Shown piece after piece: positions 32,101-40,465 of a stretch of DNA of 64,000 nt. This stretch comes from Giardia intestinalis (taxonomy: Eukaryota). Every line of letters begins with the position of its first letter. Within the stretch, counting starts at the first letter, position 1. The translations under genes and the position numbers were made by a program. The DNA lies in the NCBI GenBank assembly GCA_000002435.2, contig CM018791.1; one strand, 5' to 3'. The notes below the pieces were generated by a model, which saw nothing but the letters and a program-made list of their open reading frames with translations, was not told the origin of the DNA and did not search any database.

Positions 32101-34239
32101 AGCATAAATCAGGTGTCCAAGCCTACAATGGAGACGCTGTTTTCCGCTGCTACCACAAGCTTGACCTCTCTTTATAGCAGGGGATGTGCAGAAAGTGTTG
32201 TTGCTGGATATTTGTCTGATCTTCTGGAGGCCGCCAAGCAGAAGCAACTGTACGATGAGATGCTTACGCAGATCTTGAGTAAGGCCCAGGATATTAAAGT
32301 GTCTGCTAATAACGAGGCGTCGGCATTCTGTGACTTAGTACCAGATCTGGGTGTTGAGGCTTTGGAGCATGAATTCATGGAAACCACGACACATGTCGAA
32401 AAAATACTCAATGCTTCTACGAATAAAACGCTGTTATCAACGGAGCTTAGCGTGCCAAGCATAGCCTTTGGCTGCTCTCAGGAGCCGGTCAAGGTGATAG
32501 AGCAGGTGTTCCACAGCATCCCTAGTCAGGCATCCTCGGTGTTTTACCAAGACGGCTCCTCTCTACGGGTAGACGGCCGCCCATGCCATTTCATGCTAGT
32601 CAATGTTTTGTCACGAAGGAACAGTCTTCTGTTAGCATTTCATAGTTATAGCCTACGATTTAATCAATGCGCCAACAGATACGCGTTGTTCTATAAGTCC
32701 AGAAGAAGCGTAGCAGAGCTGAAGGGCGGGTGTTACTCCTGGCAGGGTATATCTGGTCATTGGCCAGAAAAGGAGCTCTTCAAGTACGCGACAGTTGACC
32801 AGGCCATCAGGTCCTTCCACTCATATTTCAAGAAGAAGTCGGGCCTTAATTTTGTAGATTGCTGCACAAACGGGCTCTCCCAGGCATACTATGAAAGCGC
32901 AGGAACCATGAAGGGAATAGTATGCTATGTAGGAAAAGACATTGTTGGGATCACGACCAGGTTCTTCGAGGTTACACCGACGATTAAGAGCCTCCTTCCC
33001 AACCTGTTCTTGTACGGAGTTGCATCCACGATTGCCGCTAAAATTGATTCCGCCATAATACCTAAGCTGCCGGCATCCGATCGTAAGGATTGGCGAGCCA
33101 TGAAAATAATATCCTCCATAGTATTGGCTGCTCTGTCCACTAGTTTAGTTCGAGATGAAGCTTATTATAATGAGGATCCTGGCTTCGACTGTACAATACT
33201 GTCTCTCAAGCAAGCCTTGAGCGCTTACGAGGAGGCGATCTTACCCGTTCTGGATGCGCCTGGGTTTCTAAAGACAGTCAGGGCGATAGAAAGCTCTGGC
33301 GATGCACCCGAGACTTCCAGGGAAACCATATTGAAGGCTTGTGGCATGGGATTATATATGCATGAGCTTTCGGGCCTTCCCATGCACCTACTTCCCATGT
33401 TTGTTGTCTGTTCACGTCTATCTTTGTACTATCTAAAGATGTACTTTTCTAACGTCAAGCTTGCACTTGACGGGGTACACCGTGGCTCACTGCTACTTCT
33501 AGCTAGCTTACGCAGCTTTGCAGAGTCACCGTCCAACATGTCCGTTAAGGCAGCTGTCACCCTGGTGGATCGTGTGTTGGGGGTGAAATTACAGGCTCTG
33601 GATAGGCAGACAGGCTTCTTGTTGCAGACCCTCAGTGATTTGCCAAAGAGAACGGTTATTTGCCGTGTCCGTGGGTGGAGCGACAGTAACGCAATCACAA
33701 ACTTGATAAATCGCACAAGGGAGTTTGTAACTGAGCTCTCTAAGGGCCGCAGCCAGTGCCCAGAGTCGTGGATCAATAGACGAGAGTGTCCAGAAAATAG
33801 TGAGAGTAAGAGCAACGTCGATTGGAGTGGTGCTAACCTTCTTTGGGTCTCCTCTGAATCTTCTATTAACGGCCTGGCAACGCTAGTATCTGGAATCCTT
33901 AGACCCTCCAGGTACGATCAGTGGAGCCCGTGCAACTATGGCTTCAATTTCAGCACGATCCCTCTGCATGGTGTTAGCGCATCTCCCTCGATATCCCCTG
34001 GTGCGTCTCTTCGCTTTGGGGTGATTGTTAATAATGTATCTAGCTTCCTTTGTGTGCCTCAATCAATCAACCCAGATGTCATGAAAGTGGCGCCTGGTGT
34101 CTTCTGGTCACTAGGCAGAGACGGACCTGTTCAAGAATACACTGCAGCTGGTTTCAGATACAATTGGCCGAACCAGCGTGTAACGGCTGTCTCTTTCACG
34201 CCAGAGGATATGCACATCCAGTACGTTGCCCTCCTCTAG
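26128..34239 (+). CDS. very large hypothetical protein (about 2700 aa) with internal ankyrin repeats
   Basis: Uninterrupted 8.1-kb ORF. The track start is at 26068, but the ATG at 26128 is preceded by the A-rich Giardia-like initiator caaaaaaccaATG, so I prefer it. Ankyrin repeats lie around aa 1430-1620 (GHTPLHCLFF..., GMTPLHYAVIS..., VTPLELALARKSEPMVQLLLQKGANP). Confidence 0.6.
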   Translation: MSTEDDYSGIDKEECESTGEGATAEDPSRSPSDSPNCESSPEEPGAKEQTVPLQFPKLPVSPKQAARIKLYGRAPNPSMVLNGVEYVLQRRRRPRYRTDLLHEDMFVVVRMQRLCGPKEHINAIARVPARLSVPILNESFDIDAYLSSTCVTLEVFDVRRHSSDNTVLGRTLLYPRSEQTTFYLSDIIGFAEVFRPRGADLVAHGIIPGSQACLELACTEACPSRVVPAKMWRRAKLFVVKATLGLSKFPLAPLFLLNSELMEKACSDKVENMEEVRGWMDTSRARLLSLASLPPFPNSSFDISQRVLSASLAGAGAMCQLLDSLWEHCNSLPAVLSDLSIDVFSALLRAFLHHNTPTCDVLEQMKTMSNWCAIFSFKLKNIESTKVLTKWIGRTFMKQMFPYLIDSQSVTVPTWSRACALEPSISIELLDAIYHLEVELFKNQSVCSEPDYTPHPANHMQGFTQLLDPVFKIWLQSFDDAVHAGNYGYAFLMASKGKTNDSNLFAPLGLISLSKTLVFSSIDFEVTQKMILQTPSAISKYVTTAPIDWVILSGNRDMLTGFLSTCLGNSESSIDLVYKTYEFALNGGIRTLRDVPQQLMPTLTLPHAIALIMGSMAFGDADQLLALLKSLRTCVFEPATENCNPFPLFNITKAFIDRLLVLDDGGACRFSVPVSLHAVLMELVSPYIYPLFSTSDQVNLLSAIIDSQIDQDFIVTMLTTLSSRASVLHCSESRCLLEHAIKRGKLHVAACLLYDLFVDPIKHMGSWLASLGCYSDDVILHFIDSLLLRTTLTECDSAITAIYENTYGALIRQKRFDSLRVINAHVKDLMSSDAFLGYKRARSVDEDIIKLYLFATMAPSGKILISDRTVDDILTLVDIFGPQSLASADMLFQLGSFGLDELLEELLGSELAMPSDQLSRVFADIINRVTSILPSLLTIFLRFLDYALSPLTDKEVKDEVTRPFLDFLNHPNIMVLYLLAVEDSVALIHERLEKQLQSSGLSWDKIANMLAGGDVDQVKGSGLTYLGIVQSILTSALSEYNTKLDQARGFAKLACTQMTSSSLRAMVGHLEFLLLQRAVKNAFINGSAIFTLSFMSAPTVLSSSHFICPFSMTVLSTLNLCVSECEQLTCLGAYPVHLVSKEILQRILQIKGIHALRHLPFKSVAYAPENTDIMDLPIVQSYYRFLNALNSDESRSTASLPIAPKQSVSEQIDSLTDAYLAAKVDKAHKEKDDSSPVMFSAQFVDGDLLSAPKRESVFRGDTILHTIFSLFDFGSFDNISESLVSTFSDTLANIIAEHHSSPFTQINASYKTPLQMININSLDQALLVLAVVKKVDPALLAPHVDASADYPSLVHYFLFKLITNSSEHVLSQMLPLVPKAIMREFLLAPCYSLSNAILLTALLRRGVSDADFLIGVYQQYGCLNEAAVMPDCGGWCAITVALQNPDILEVPGALFEAAMKSPKELLVNKYGHTPLHCLFFNGRLVSQTPHKDKEQYVYGYHVLSDTKIDPVFKLSVAQQLTEASTSSDAISQLDRFGMTPLHYAVISSAFVCMESLLGKYSSIQLLDKAGLDRDVTPLELALARKSEPMVQLLLQKGANPLRRTSVTSFLGESLTVFARLIQNGYLNLAYTVIYQHASMKSLLLSEALHANTTNSKPVLRALTDGATEACVAYLALSISGRSVDKQIVKAIMDLLQGIYVGTGKKFHMTTWLGSFAFSSPSYWFSGDDSLYNSFVKLAAVTNFAETSLAFNLRLITSNIPVKLICNGLRVRHLVSSSKASSDFENDSVLIEKASPIELMLLKLYHTPCQSVFTEKEFLMLLQLYVCKSLHISPLVSRIVLDFLTATQAGTLTRANVQFCSQFFKSLSAMLVVDECLVPNLAVKTLRTHAKEFIVKLLGTDEILTRLFTVLTLPPPTKANSGPCQLIMLGQSMNTDGRFMEDYTPCCLEILKCYVATNSVVWQSFFSAIYGLHSEMHRNPKPVITHVFDQLNSINQVSKPTMETLFSAATTSLTSLYSRGCAESVVAGYLSDLLEAAKQKQLYDEMLTQILSKAQDIKVSANNEASAFCDLVPDLGVEALEHEFMETTTHVEKILNASTNKTLLSTELSVPSIAFGCSQEPVKVIEQVFHSIPSQASSVFYQDGSSLRVDGRPCHFMLVNVLSRRNSLLLAFHSYSLRFNQCANRYALFYKSRRSVAELKGGCYSWQGISGHWPEKELFKYATVDQAIRSFHSYFKKKSGLNFVDCCTNGLSQAYYESAGTMKGIVCYVGKDIVGITTRFFEVTPTIKSLLPNLFLYGVASTIAAKIDSAIIPKLPASDRKDWRAMKIISSIVLAALSTSLVRDEAYYNEDPGFDCTILSLKQALSAYEEAILPVLDAPGFLKTVRAIESSGDAPETSRETILKACGMGLYMHELSGLPMHLLPMFVVCSRLSLYYLKMYFSNVKLALDGVHRGSLLLLASLRSFAESPSNMSVKAAVTLVDRVLGVKLQALDRQTGFLLQTLSDLPKRTVICRVRGWSDSNAITNLINRTREFVTELSKGRSQCPESWINRRECPENSESKSNVDWSGANLLWVSSESSINGLATLVSGILRPSRYDQWSPCNYGFNFSTIPLHGVSASPSISPGASLRFGVIVNNVSSFLCVPQSINPDVMKVAPGVFWSLGRDGPVQEYTAAGFRYNWPNQRVTAVSFTPEDMHIQYVALL

Positions 34240-34395
34240 GTCATTAGTCAGCTAACGTTGTCTATTAGAGATTGTCTAACAGAGATTGATAACTGTATGT
34301 AAAATAGTAGTTATTTTTGTATAACCTCCAAACGTTTTGGTAAGGCTGGAAATCCTCCCAGAGAGCTTTCTAAAAAACTGATGCTTGAAATCTAA

Positions 34396-35730
34396 ATGCC
34401 GGAGATACTTTTGTATTACCTGGCGCAGCCGCGCAGCCTCTATATCCAAGCGACTACAACCGTCTCTGAGGCACTGTACAACGCTTTTGACAAAGAAGAG
34501 TTTTTCAATGACAATCTAAAGTGCTTTAGTATTATTGCCGCCTACGGGGATGACCGTGAAAGCTGCCACTTTATCCTTCTCCAGCCACATGACTACTTGA
34601 TCAGACATTATGGAAAGGCGAGCACCTTCATTGTTGCCTTGACCGTCCCGCCCCGCATGACGGAGTATCAGAGCTATCTGAAGGAAACAGAAGACTTTCT
34701 TCACGCGCTGTACTCTAACGTGAGATTGTCTCTAAAGCTGGGCCTCCTCTCTTTGGGGTCTGGCGTTGTGTCTCGGCTCATTGCGCAGAGCATCCTGATC
34801 GACTACGGTCTGGATAAGTCTGCACCGTTTCGCCAGGACGTTTCTCGCATCATGGACGTACTCTACGATTACTTGCCAGAAACCTACTTCCACAATCTAC
34901 TCGGTGTCGGCCCGAAGACCCGAGCCCGAAGGATCAAACGATGCGAGCAGGAGTTCCTGATCGACGTCTTTCGCTATTTGCAGCTGCAGCACCTTACGCG
35001 CTCGAGTACCAAGATCTACATAATTAACTACCTAGTTATGGTGAAGAAGGGCACAGTACATCGTGATTCCATACACTTCTATGGCACGTGTTCAAGGAGG
35101 ACTGGAAGACAGACAGGAGTCCCTTGCAAGATAAGCGTTTCGTATGAAACTAAGGAGCTATCCATTGTTCTACTGAAGCCAACTGGGCTCTCAATATATA
35201 GGCGTAGGCTGAATGGATCTAATGTACGCGAGGCTGTACACATCAGGCGATTCATACACAACTATGGAGCAGAGAACGCCCTAAAGGCCCTCCGAAGAGA
35301 CACCCACACAGCAATGTCAAACGCCATGGACAAACCAGTATTGGATTCATGCAATCCACTACTGCAGATGTTCTACTTGAACCCGTATATCTTCTATCGC
35401 AATGGGAGGGTGTACTCTCTCGACGCCTCTAGCCGTAAGGGTGTAGAGATAGTAGACGCTAATCTACTGATGCTGTCCATAGCCGTAGGAGACACCTTGC
35501 GTAACGTATTTGTCTGGACACCTGGGGCCTCTGTGATAGCAGGGCTACTGGCGTTGTCTTGCTCGGCTACAGAGCACCGGGACGTGTCATTCAGTTCCCC
35601 AGGTATTGCTCCAGGACAGTCCGTCTCAGAGGATTCTCCCGTAGTATCTGTGATCACCGCTCCGTCGTCTCTTCTACGTGCACAGCGGACCGTGGACCTG
35701 CGACCAGAGCCACAGCGGACAACACACTGA
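34396..35730 (+). CDS. hypothetical protein (444 aa)
   Basis: ATG verified. Clean ORF with no recognised domain. Confidence 0.5.
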   Translation: MPEILLYYLAQPRSLYIQATTTVSEALYNAFDKEEFFNDNLKCFSIIAAYGDDRESCHFILLQPHDYLIRHYGKASTFIVALTVPPRMTEYQSYLKETEDFLHALYSNVRLSLKLGLLSLGSGVVSRLIAQSILIDYGLDKSAPFRQDVSRIMDVLYDYLPETYFHNLLGVGPKTRARRIKRCEQEFLIDVFRYLQLQHLTRSSTKIYIINYLVMVKKGTVHRDSIHFYGTCSRRTGRQTGVPCKISVSYETKELSIVLLKPTGLSIYRRRLNGSNVREAVHIRRFIHNYGAENALKALRRDTHTAMSNAMDKPVLDSCNPLLQMFYLNPYIFYRNGRVYSLDASSRKGVEIVDANLLMLSIAVGDTLRNVFVWTPGASVIAGLLALSCSATEHRDVSFSSPGIAPGQSVSEDSPVVSVITAPSSLLRAQRTVDLRPEPQRTTH

Positions 35731-35797
35731 TCAAGGCTCCATAATTTACTAGTTTGCCAGCAGGCCGTCGAATCTGCATTATCACCAGTGCTGGAAG

Positions 35798-35983
35798 TCA
35801 CTCCAGCCTCTGTAGCATTTGTATATATGCATCTGTAGGTTCCTTGTTCCATGCCTCTTGCCACGTATCCTTGCTCAAGATAGCTTCAGTCAAAGCCTTT
35901 TCAGGATCCTGAAGAACGCCAAATTCTTCGAACTCGTCATACATCAGGACCTCTGCACGGACATCATCTTTTGCTTCTATCAT
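35798..35983 (-). CDS. small acidic protein, candidate DSS1/SEM1 (26S proteasome lid subunit) ortholog, 61 aa
   Basis: ATG verified (cat at 35981..35983), preceded by an A-rich initiator (attaaaaagtATG on the minus strand). It contains the hallmark acidic DEFEEF motif followed by two Trp residues (DTWQEAW), as in DSS1/Sem1. Confidence 0.45.
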   Translation of the reverse strand: MIEAKDDVRAEVLMYDEFEEFGVLQDPEKALTEAILSKDTWQEAWNKEPTDAYIQMLQRLE

Positions 35984-35991
35984 ACTTTTTA

Positions 35992-38900
35992 ATGAATAAT
36001 TTAACGAATGAGGACATCAAAGCCTTTGCCAATAAGCCCCTCACAGAGCTAGTGGCACTTGCTGGATCATACTACATGGATGGAAATGACGAAGAGGTCG
36101 TTGTTTGCTTCAATCATCTGGCTAAGAGGCTCGAACTCGAGGAGAAGTACACGCGCGCCCTGGACTATGCACTCGCCGATGCGCACCTCTCGGCAACTAT
36201 CTCCGACTATGCTAGCAGCGCAATATCTCTATCGCAGGTTGCAAACCTTCTCAACGCCCAGGATGACGCGACTGACAGGTGTACTCTTCCTGCATATTAT
36301 ACGTCAGTAATGTCCATGAAACACTTAATGGGGCTACACTACCTGTCGCTGGACGACTCCGTTCCCCCAGTGGTCTCGGAGGACACCCTTGAGCGCTTCC
36401 TACTGTACAAAAAAATCAATCTTAATTCTATTTCTCAAAACGTTGACTATTCGTTTTCTATTCATGCAATCCTTGCACGGTTTGTATTGGATGGACATGA
36501 CACGTGTATACGGCACGTTTACCACAATCTTAAGTCAAGCCTGCTGTACTTTGATGCTATTATCAAGGCAAGCAAGCGCACTGCAGGCCTGCTAGAGTCA
36601 AACAACGTGTTGCTGAATGCAGCAGTGACACATGTGCGTCTCTTGATAATGCGTTATCGCGATTCTGAGGAGTTTATCAAGAATGCGAAGATGATATCTG
36701 TAAAGCTGCTCGATAGAGACCTGAGGCCAAGCTACCACATGGCTGTGTGCACTCACGCCTGTATGCACTATTCTTCACGGCTATTTTGGAAGGGACTCCT
36801 ACAAAGCAGCATTACTTTCCCAGCGGCCAAGGAAAGGGTTCCCCTAAGTGTCATTCTCTCAAAATTAAACCACTCGGCATCTGATACACAGGGAGAATCG
36901 TCTATTTTTCGAAAACTTGACATTATTTTCGCCGATCTTCTATCGAGTTTGCAGATTAGCAATTGTAGCGCAATTGTGCGTGATAATGCAATCCTGGAGT
37001 TTGTAGAACTACTAGGAAAGTACCCTCTTCTCACGCATTCATTTGTTCCGTTCGTGGAGGACAAGCTAAGGGTCTTGGATCATGATGCAGTCGATGAGGC
37101 CCAGGAGGCTTTCAGCTCTGCCCTTAAGAGATACCGCTATTTTAGTGAGAGCATTGTAAGGATGGATCAGAGCATAGTTGCAGACTTTTCTGACCTTGTT
37201 GAAATTACTGAGGCCGATAACGCTAGAGAGTGTATCGCTCTTATCCCGGGGCTCACAGTGTTTTCTACTGCGAGTCCAGGTGTTGTGGCCATAATCTATA
37301 ACTTCTTGCAGTCAATACATGCGCTCAAAGAGGGTCTCTATTTCTCTGTCAAGCCCGAAGGCAGTGAGGTGCACTCCAGCTCCAGGGAGCTCAGTGGTAT
37401 CATGGCCTACACTGATTCCCTCAAGTCCCTGTTCTCTACGTCCATCGACGGTACATTCTTTGACAAGACTCTCTTCCACTTTGCATGGTTTTTGTTGAAA
37501 GACTATGACGCTAACGTTGAAGAAAGGGTTGTTAAGGTAATGCCACCAAAATTGGCCTTGTTGTTTCTAGAAACGATCGTGTTGGCTGGGCAGTACGTTT
37601 TTGTTATTCTACAAGAATTGGAAGGCTCGACGGTCACAGACACCCTACAGACGCTTTGTGAAAAGGTTGTGTTTACGATGGATAACAATATTGACTTATT
37701 GTCCTTGTCCACAACTACTCACAAGGTGCTACTGTCGGTGCTCCTGAACTTGTTGGACAGCGATAATTTTCAAAGTGGATCCGAGGACGTGTTCGGCATC
37801 ACCTCTGCAACATACGTGCTCATTTGTGATGTCCTATCTTATAAAGAGCCTATTTCCAACTATGGGCGGTTTCTTCGAACCGTACTGCATTCTTTTTACA
37901 CGACACCGAGCATTGTAACTGCGGCTAAGGAAAGCTGCAGCTGGCAGAAGGAGTTATTGGACCTACTGCAGAGCCTTTATAACATGGGAACCATGTATTG
38001 TCTCGATATTCGATTCGAACAGATTTTGTCCAGAGAAAATGGGTCGGCCTCCACCGCCGACGTCTCCTTTGGACAGATACAGGCCTTACTGATTAAAATG
38101 ACAAATGACTTTGGCATCTCTTGCTCACTGCTGGCAACACGTGAACTGTTCTCCTATCGCCAGGAATTCGATCTAGACAGATGGATGGTAAAGCGTCGAA
38201 TCGTAAAATACCCAAGACCCCATAGAACACGTGAGTTGTTTCTAGATAAGCATCCATACATTCAATCCACAATCCGCATGTTGGACACAAATTCTGCCTA
38301 CGGAGGCAGGAACAGCATATTCAGAAGCAAAGTACAAGCACGCCCATTCACTGAAAAAGAAAAAGAAAGCAAGACGCCCGATTCGTCCGATAGTCAGGAG
38401 CCCGCCTCCCATCCTACAGAGGATCATTCAGGGTCATTTAAAGAAGACATTAGTACTGCTGACTCCAGTGATAACTCCAACGATAAGGTAATAGAGCCGG
38501 AGATTAAGACGATACCCGTCAAGATGGATGCAGCAGAGCTATTTGCACCTCCCAGAGAAGAGCAGACTATGCAAACAATCCTTTTGAACGTATATTCTAA
38601 CTATGGGCTACGGCCACGAGACCTAGTTACCATGAGTGTTCTGCCAGGCGAGCGCCTTGTTGCTCTAGACAGCTCACGTATTGTGAAGTATGTCCCAGAC
38701 TCTGACAATTTTGCCTTTATCTGTTATCTTGTCAAGCAGCTTTTAACCGCAGAAGACATCACAGCCTCAGCACTTTCAGGGGGTCGAGTCTGTGAAACTG
38801 TACGATTATCTCTGGGTCAGGTGGATGCATCCGAAGCCCAAATGCATGAACTATTGAACTTTCTACTTCTCCGGGGGAGCAAGTTGAGCCTTCATTTGGC

Positions 38901-39519
38901 TAACTCCTCTGTCCCCTGTGCCCTCTTTGCAACGCTCACTCAGATGATCCTCAATCCCTCGCACTGTAAGAACATGGGCCATGGTCTATTTGCAGAGGGA
39001 ACGGAGCTATGTATAAAAGAGTCCAGGGTCCCTCTCTCCCTTCTCTTCGTCTTTCTAACCGGAGTTGGATCGCTGTGTAGAAGGACTGAAGTGTCTATAT
39101 CCCAGTGTACAAGTGTGCCAGACAGTAAAGGGGTTTTATCTGGCGAGATTCAGACAGCTCATGCTCTCCCAGAGGGTGCCACGCTCACCTTTCTGGACCT
39201 CACGGGCACCGATTTACGGGATGTGAACTTTTGCACGATTAGGTCAACCCTCGCCATTGAGAAGCTTTACTTGAATGGGGCGATCTTCTCGCCTACTTTG
39301 TTTTCTGCCCTGATAGCTTGCTCCATCAACGTTGCGGAGATTCATATGAAAAGCATCTCTCTCGATTGCTTTAAAATAGCTTCTAGAATTAATTATGAAG
39401 ATATACCTGGATTGAAGACGATTGAGGTATCTTCTGTGGACCGTGAGGGCTCTCTTCCTTACCGTCCTGTTTTTGAGACATTCAGAAGTTTCGGAATAGA
39501 GGTGCGCCTCAGTGATTAG
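35992..39519 (+). CDS. hypothetical protein (about 1175 aa), possible LRR-like C-terminus
   Basis: The track start at 35971 is TTG and overlaps the DSS1-like gene start. The first in-frame ATG is at 35992 (ATGAATAATTTAACGAATGAG gives MNNLTNE). Long clean ORF. Confidence 0.55.
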   Translation: MNNLTNEDIKAFANKPLTELVALAGSYYMDGNDEEVVVCFNHLAKRLELEEKYTRALDYALADAHLSATISDYASSAISLSQVANLLNAQDDATDRCTLPAYYTSVMSMKHLMGLHYLSLDDSVPPVVSEDTLERFLLYKKINLNSISQNVDYSFSIHAILARFVLDGHDTCIRHVYHNLKSSLLYFDAIIKASKRTAGLLESNNVLLNAAVTHVRLLIMRYRDSEEFIKNAKMISVKLLDRDLRPSYHMAVCTHACMHYSSRLFWKGLLQSSITFPAAKERVPLSVILSKLNHSASDTQGESSIFRKLDIIFADLLSSLQISNCSAIVRDNAILEFVELLGKYPLLTHSFVPFVEDKLRVLDHDAVDEAQEAFSSALKRYRYFSESIVRMDQSIVADFSDLVEITEADNARECIALIPGLTVFSTASPGVVAIIYNFLQSIHALKEGLYFSVKPEGSEVHSSSRELSGIMAYTDSLKSLFSTSIDGTFFDKTLFHFAWFLLKDYDANVEERVVKVMPPKLALLFLETIVLAGQYVFVILQELEGSTVTDTLQTLCEKVVFTMDNNIDLLSLSTTTHKVLLSVLLNLLDSDNFQSGSEDVFGITSATYVLICDVLSYKEPISNYGRFLRTVLHSFYTTPSIVTAAKESCSWQKELLDLLQSLYNMGTMYCLDIRFEQILSRENGSASTADVSFGQIQALLIKMTNDFGISCSLLATRELFSYRQEFDLDRWMVKRRIVKYPRPHRTRELFLDKHPYIQSTIRMLDTNSAYGGRNSIFRSKVQARPFTEKEKESKTPDSSDSQEPASHPTEDHSGSFKEDISTADSSDNSNDKVIEPEIKTIPVKMDAAELFAPPREEQTMQTILLNVYSNYGLRPRDLVTMSVLPGERLVALDSSRIVKYVPDSDNFAFICYLVKQLLTAEDITASALSGGRVCETVRLSLGQVDASEAQMHELLNFLLLRGSKLSLHLANSSVPCALFATLTQMILNPSHCKNMGHGLFAEGTELCIKESRVPLSLLFVFLTGVGSLCRRTEVSISQCTSVPDSKGVLSGEIQTAHALPEGATLTFLDLTGTDLRDVNFCTIRSTLAIEKLYLNGAIFSPTLFSALIACSINVAEIHMKSISLDCFKIASRINYEDIPGLKTIEVSSVDREGSLPYRPVFETFRSFGIEVRLSD

Positions 39520-39575
39520 CAGACCGAGGCCCTACTCTGCTCCGCCCGTAAACGTTTCTAAAACTTTTTTACCGT

Positions 39576-40388
39576 ATGCCGCCTGCTCCTCAGCCCGCCG
39601 CCCCCGGGGACCTGGACGCCCCTGTAAATGCCGTTTATATTAAAGGCATCTGTGCAGGGTTTGTGAGGTTTAAGCTTGCTAGGCCCCCAACTAAGGACGT
39701 GGCGTGGCATTGCTGGACCATCTTCCTCGCATCTAACTGTGGCCTGGACCTCTCTCCTTTCGTCGAAAAAGTTACCTTTGTTATCCACAAGGACTTCAGT
39801 TCATACGTTCGCTCTGTTTATGACCCGCCCTACGAGACAACAGTCATAGGACAGCTGGGCTTCGAGGCCTTTATCCACATAACATACCGTGATTCTAAAC
39901 TGCCGTCTTCTATCATAAGCATCAGCATTGTTATAGACGGGGATGACTACACCCGACGAATCTACCCGGACATGCTTGTCTTTGTCAATCCACGGTTTTG
40001 GTTTTCTCGCTTGCTGGACATAGAGCGGATATGTACCAAGCAATCGAGCATCCTTCACCACTTGAGCATGCAGCAGTTTATTCGCCAGGAGAACGCGATG
40101 GGCCACATTCCCCATGTCTTCGACAGCTCCACAAAGGTAGCACTCAGTGATGATGTGCCACTAGAGGAAGCTGTCAAGCGGGAGGGGTCCCCACGGAACG
40201 GAACAGCCTTCTACAGAACCGACAGCCTGCAAGCAGAATATCTATACCCTCCTGCAGGCGAGTCTGTGGGTCTCTACCACTGCTGTTCTGCAGCGACCAA
40301 TATATTCAAGGATACCATTGATCGCTCGGCAGAGTTCATAGCCAAATATGTATCCGACATCTGTGTCCGCAAGACAGATCAACACTAA
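39576..40388 (+). CDS. YEATS-domain protein (Yaf9/GAS41/Taf14-like), 270 aa
   Basis: ATG verified. The N-terminal about 140 aa match the YEATS pattern: VTFVIHKDFSSYVRSVYDPPYETTVIGQLGFEAFIHITY (V.F.LH.SF..P.R....PFE..E.GWGEF.I.I.I.F). Confidence 0.6.
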   Translation: MPPAPQPAAPGDLDAPVNAVYIKGICAGFVRFKLARPPTKDVAWHCWTIFLASNCGLDLSPFVEKVTFVIHKDFSSYVRSVYDPPYETTVIGQLGFEAFIHITYRDSKLPSSIISISIVIDGDDYTRRIYPDMLVFVNPRFWFSRLLDIERICTKQSSILHHLSMQQFIRQENAMGHIPHVFDSSTKVALSDDVPLEEAVKREGSPRNGTAFYRTDSLQAEYLYPPAGESVGLYHCCSAATNIFKDTIDRSAEFIAKYVSDICVRKTDQH

Positions 40389-40465
40389 CAATAAAAGAAC
40401 AACATTCCAATTCACAAGTCATGACACTCCAACTACAAAGCAATAGGGTCTTACCGCTAGATTAG

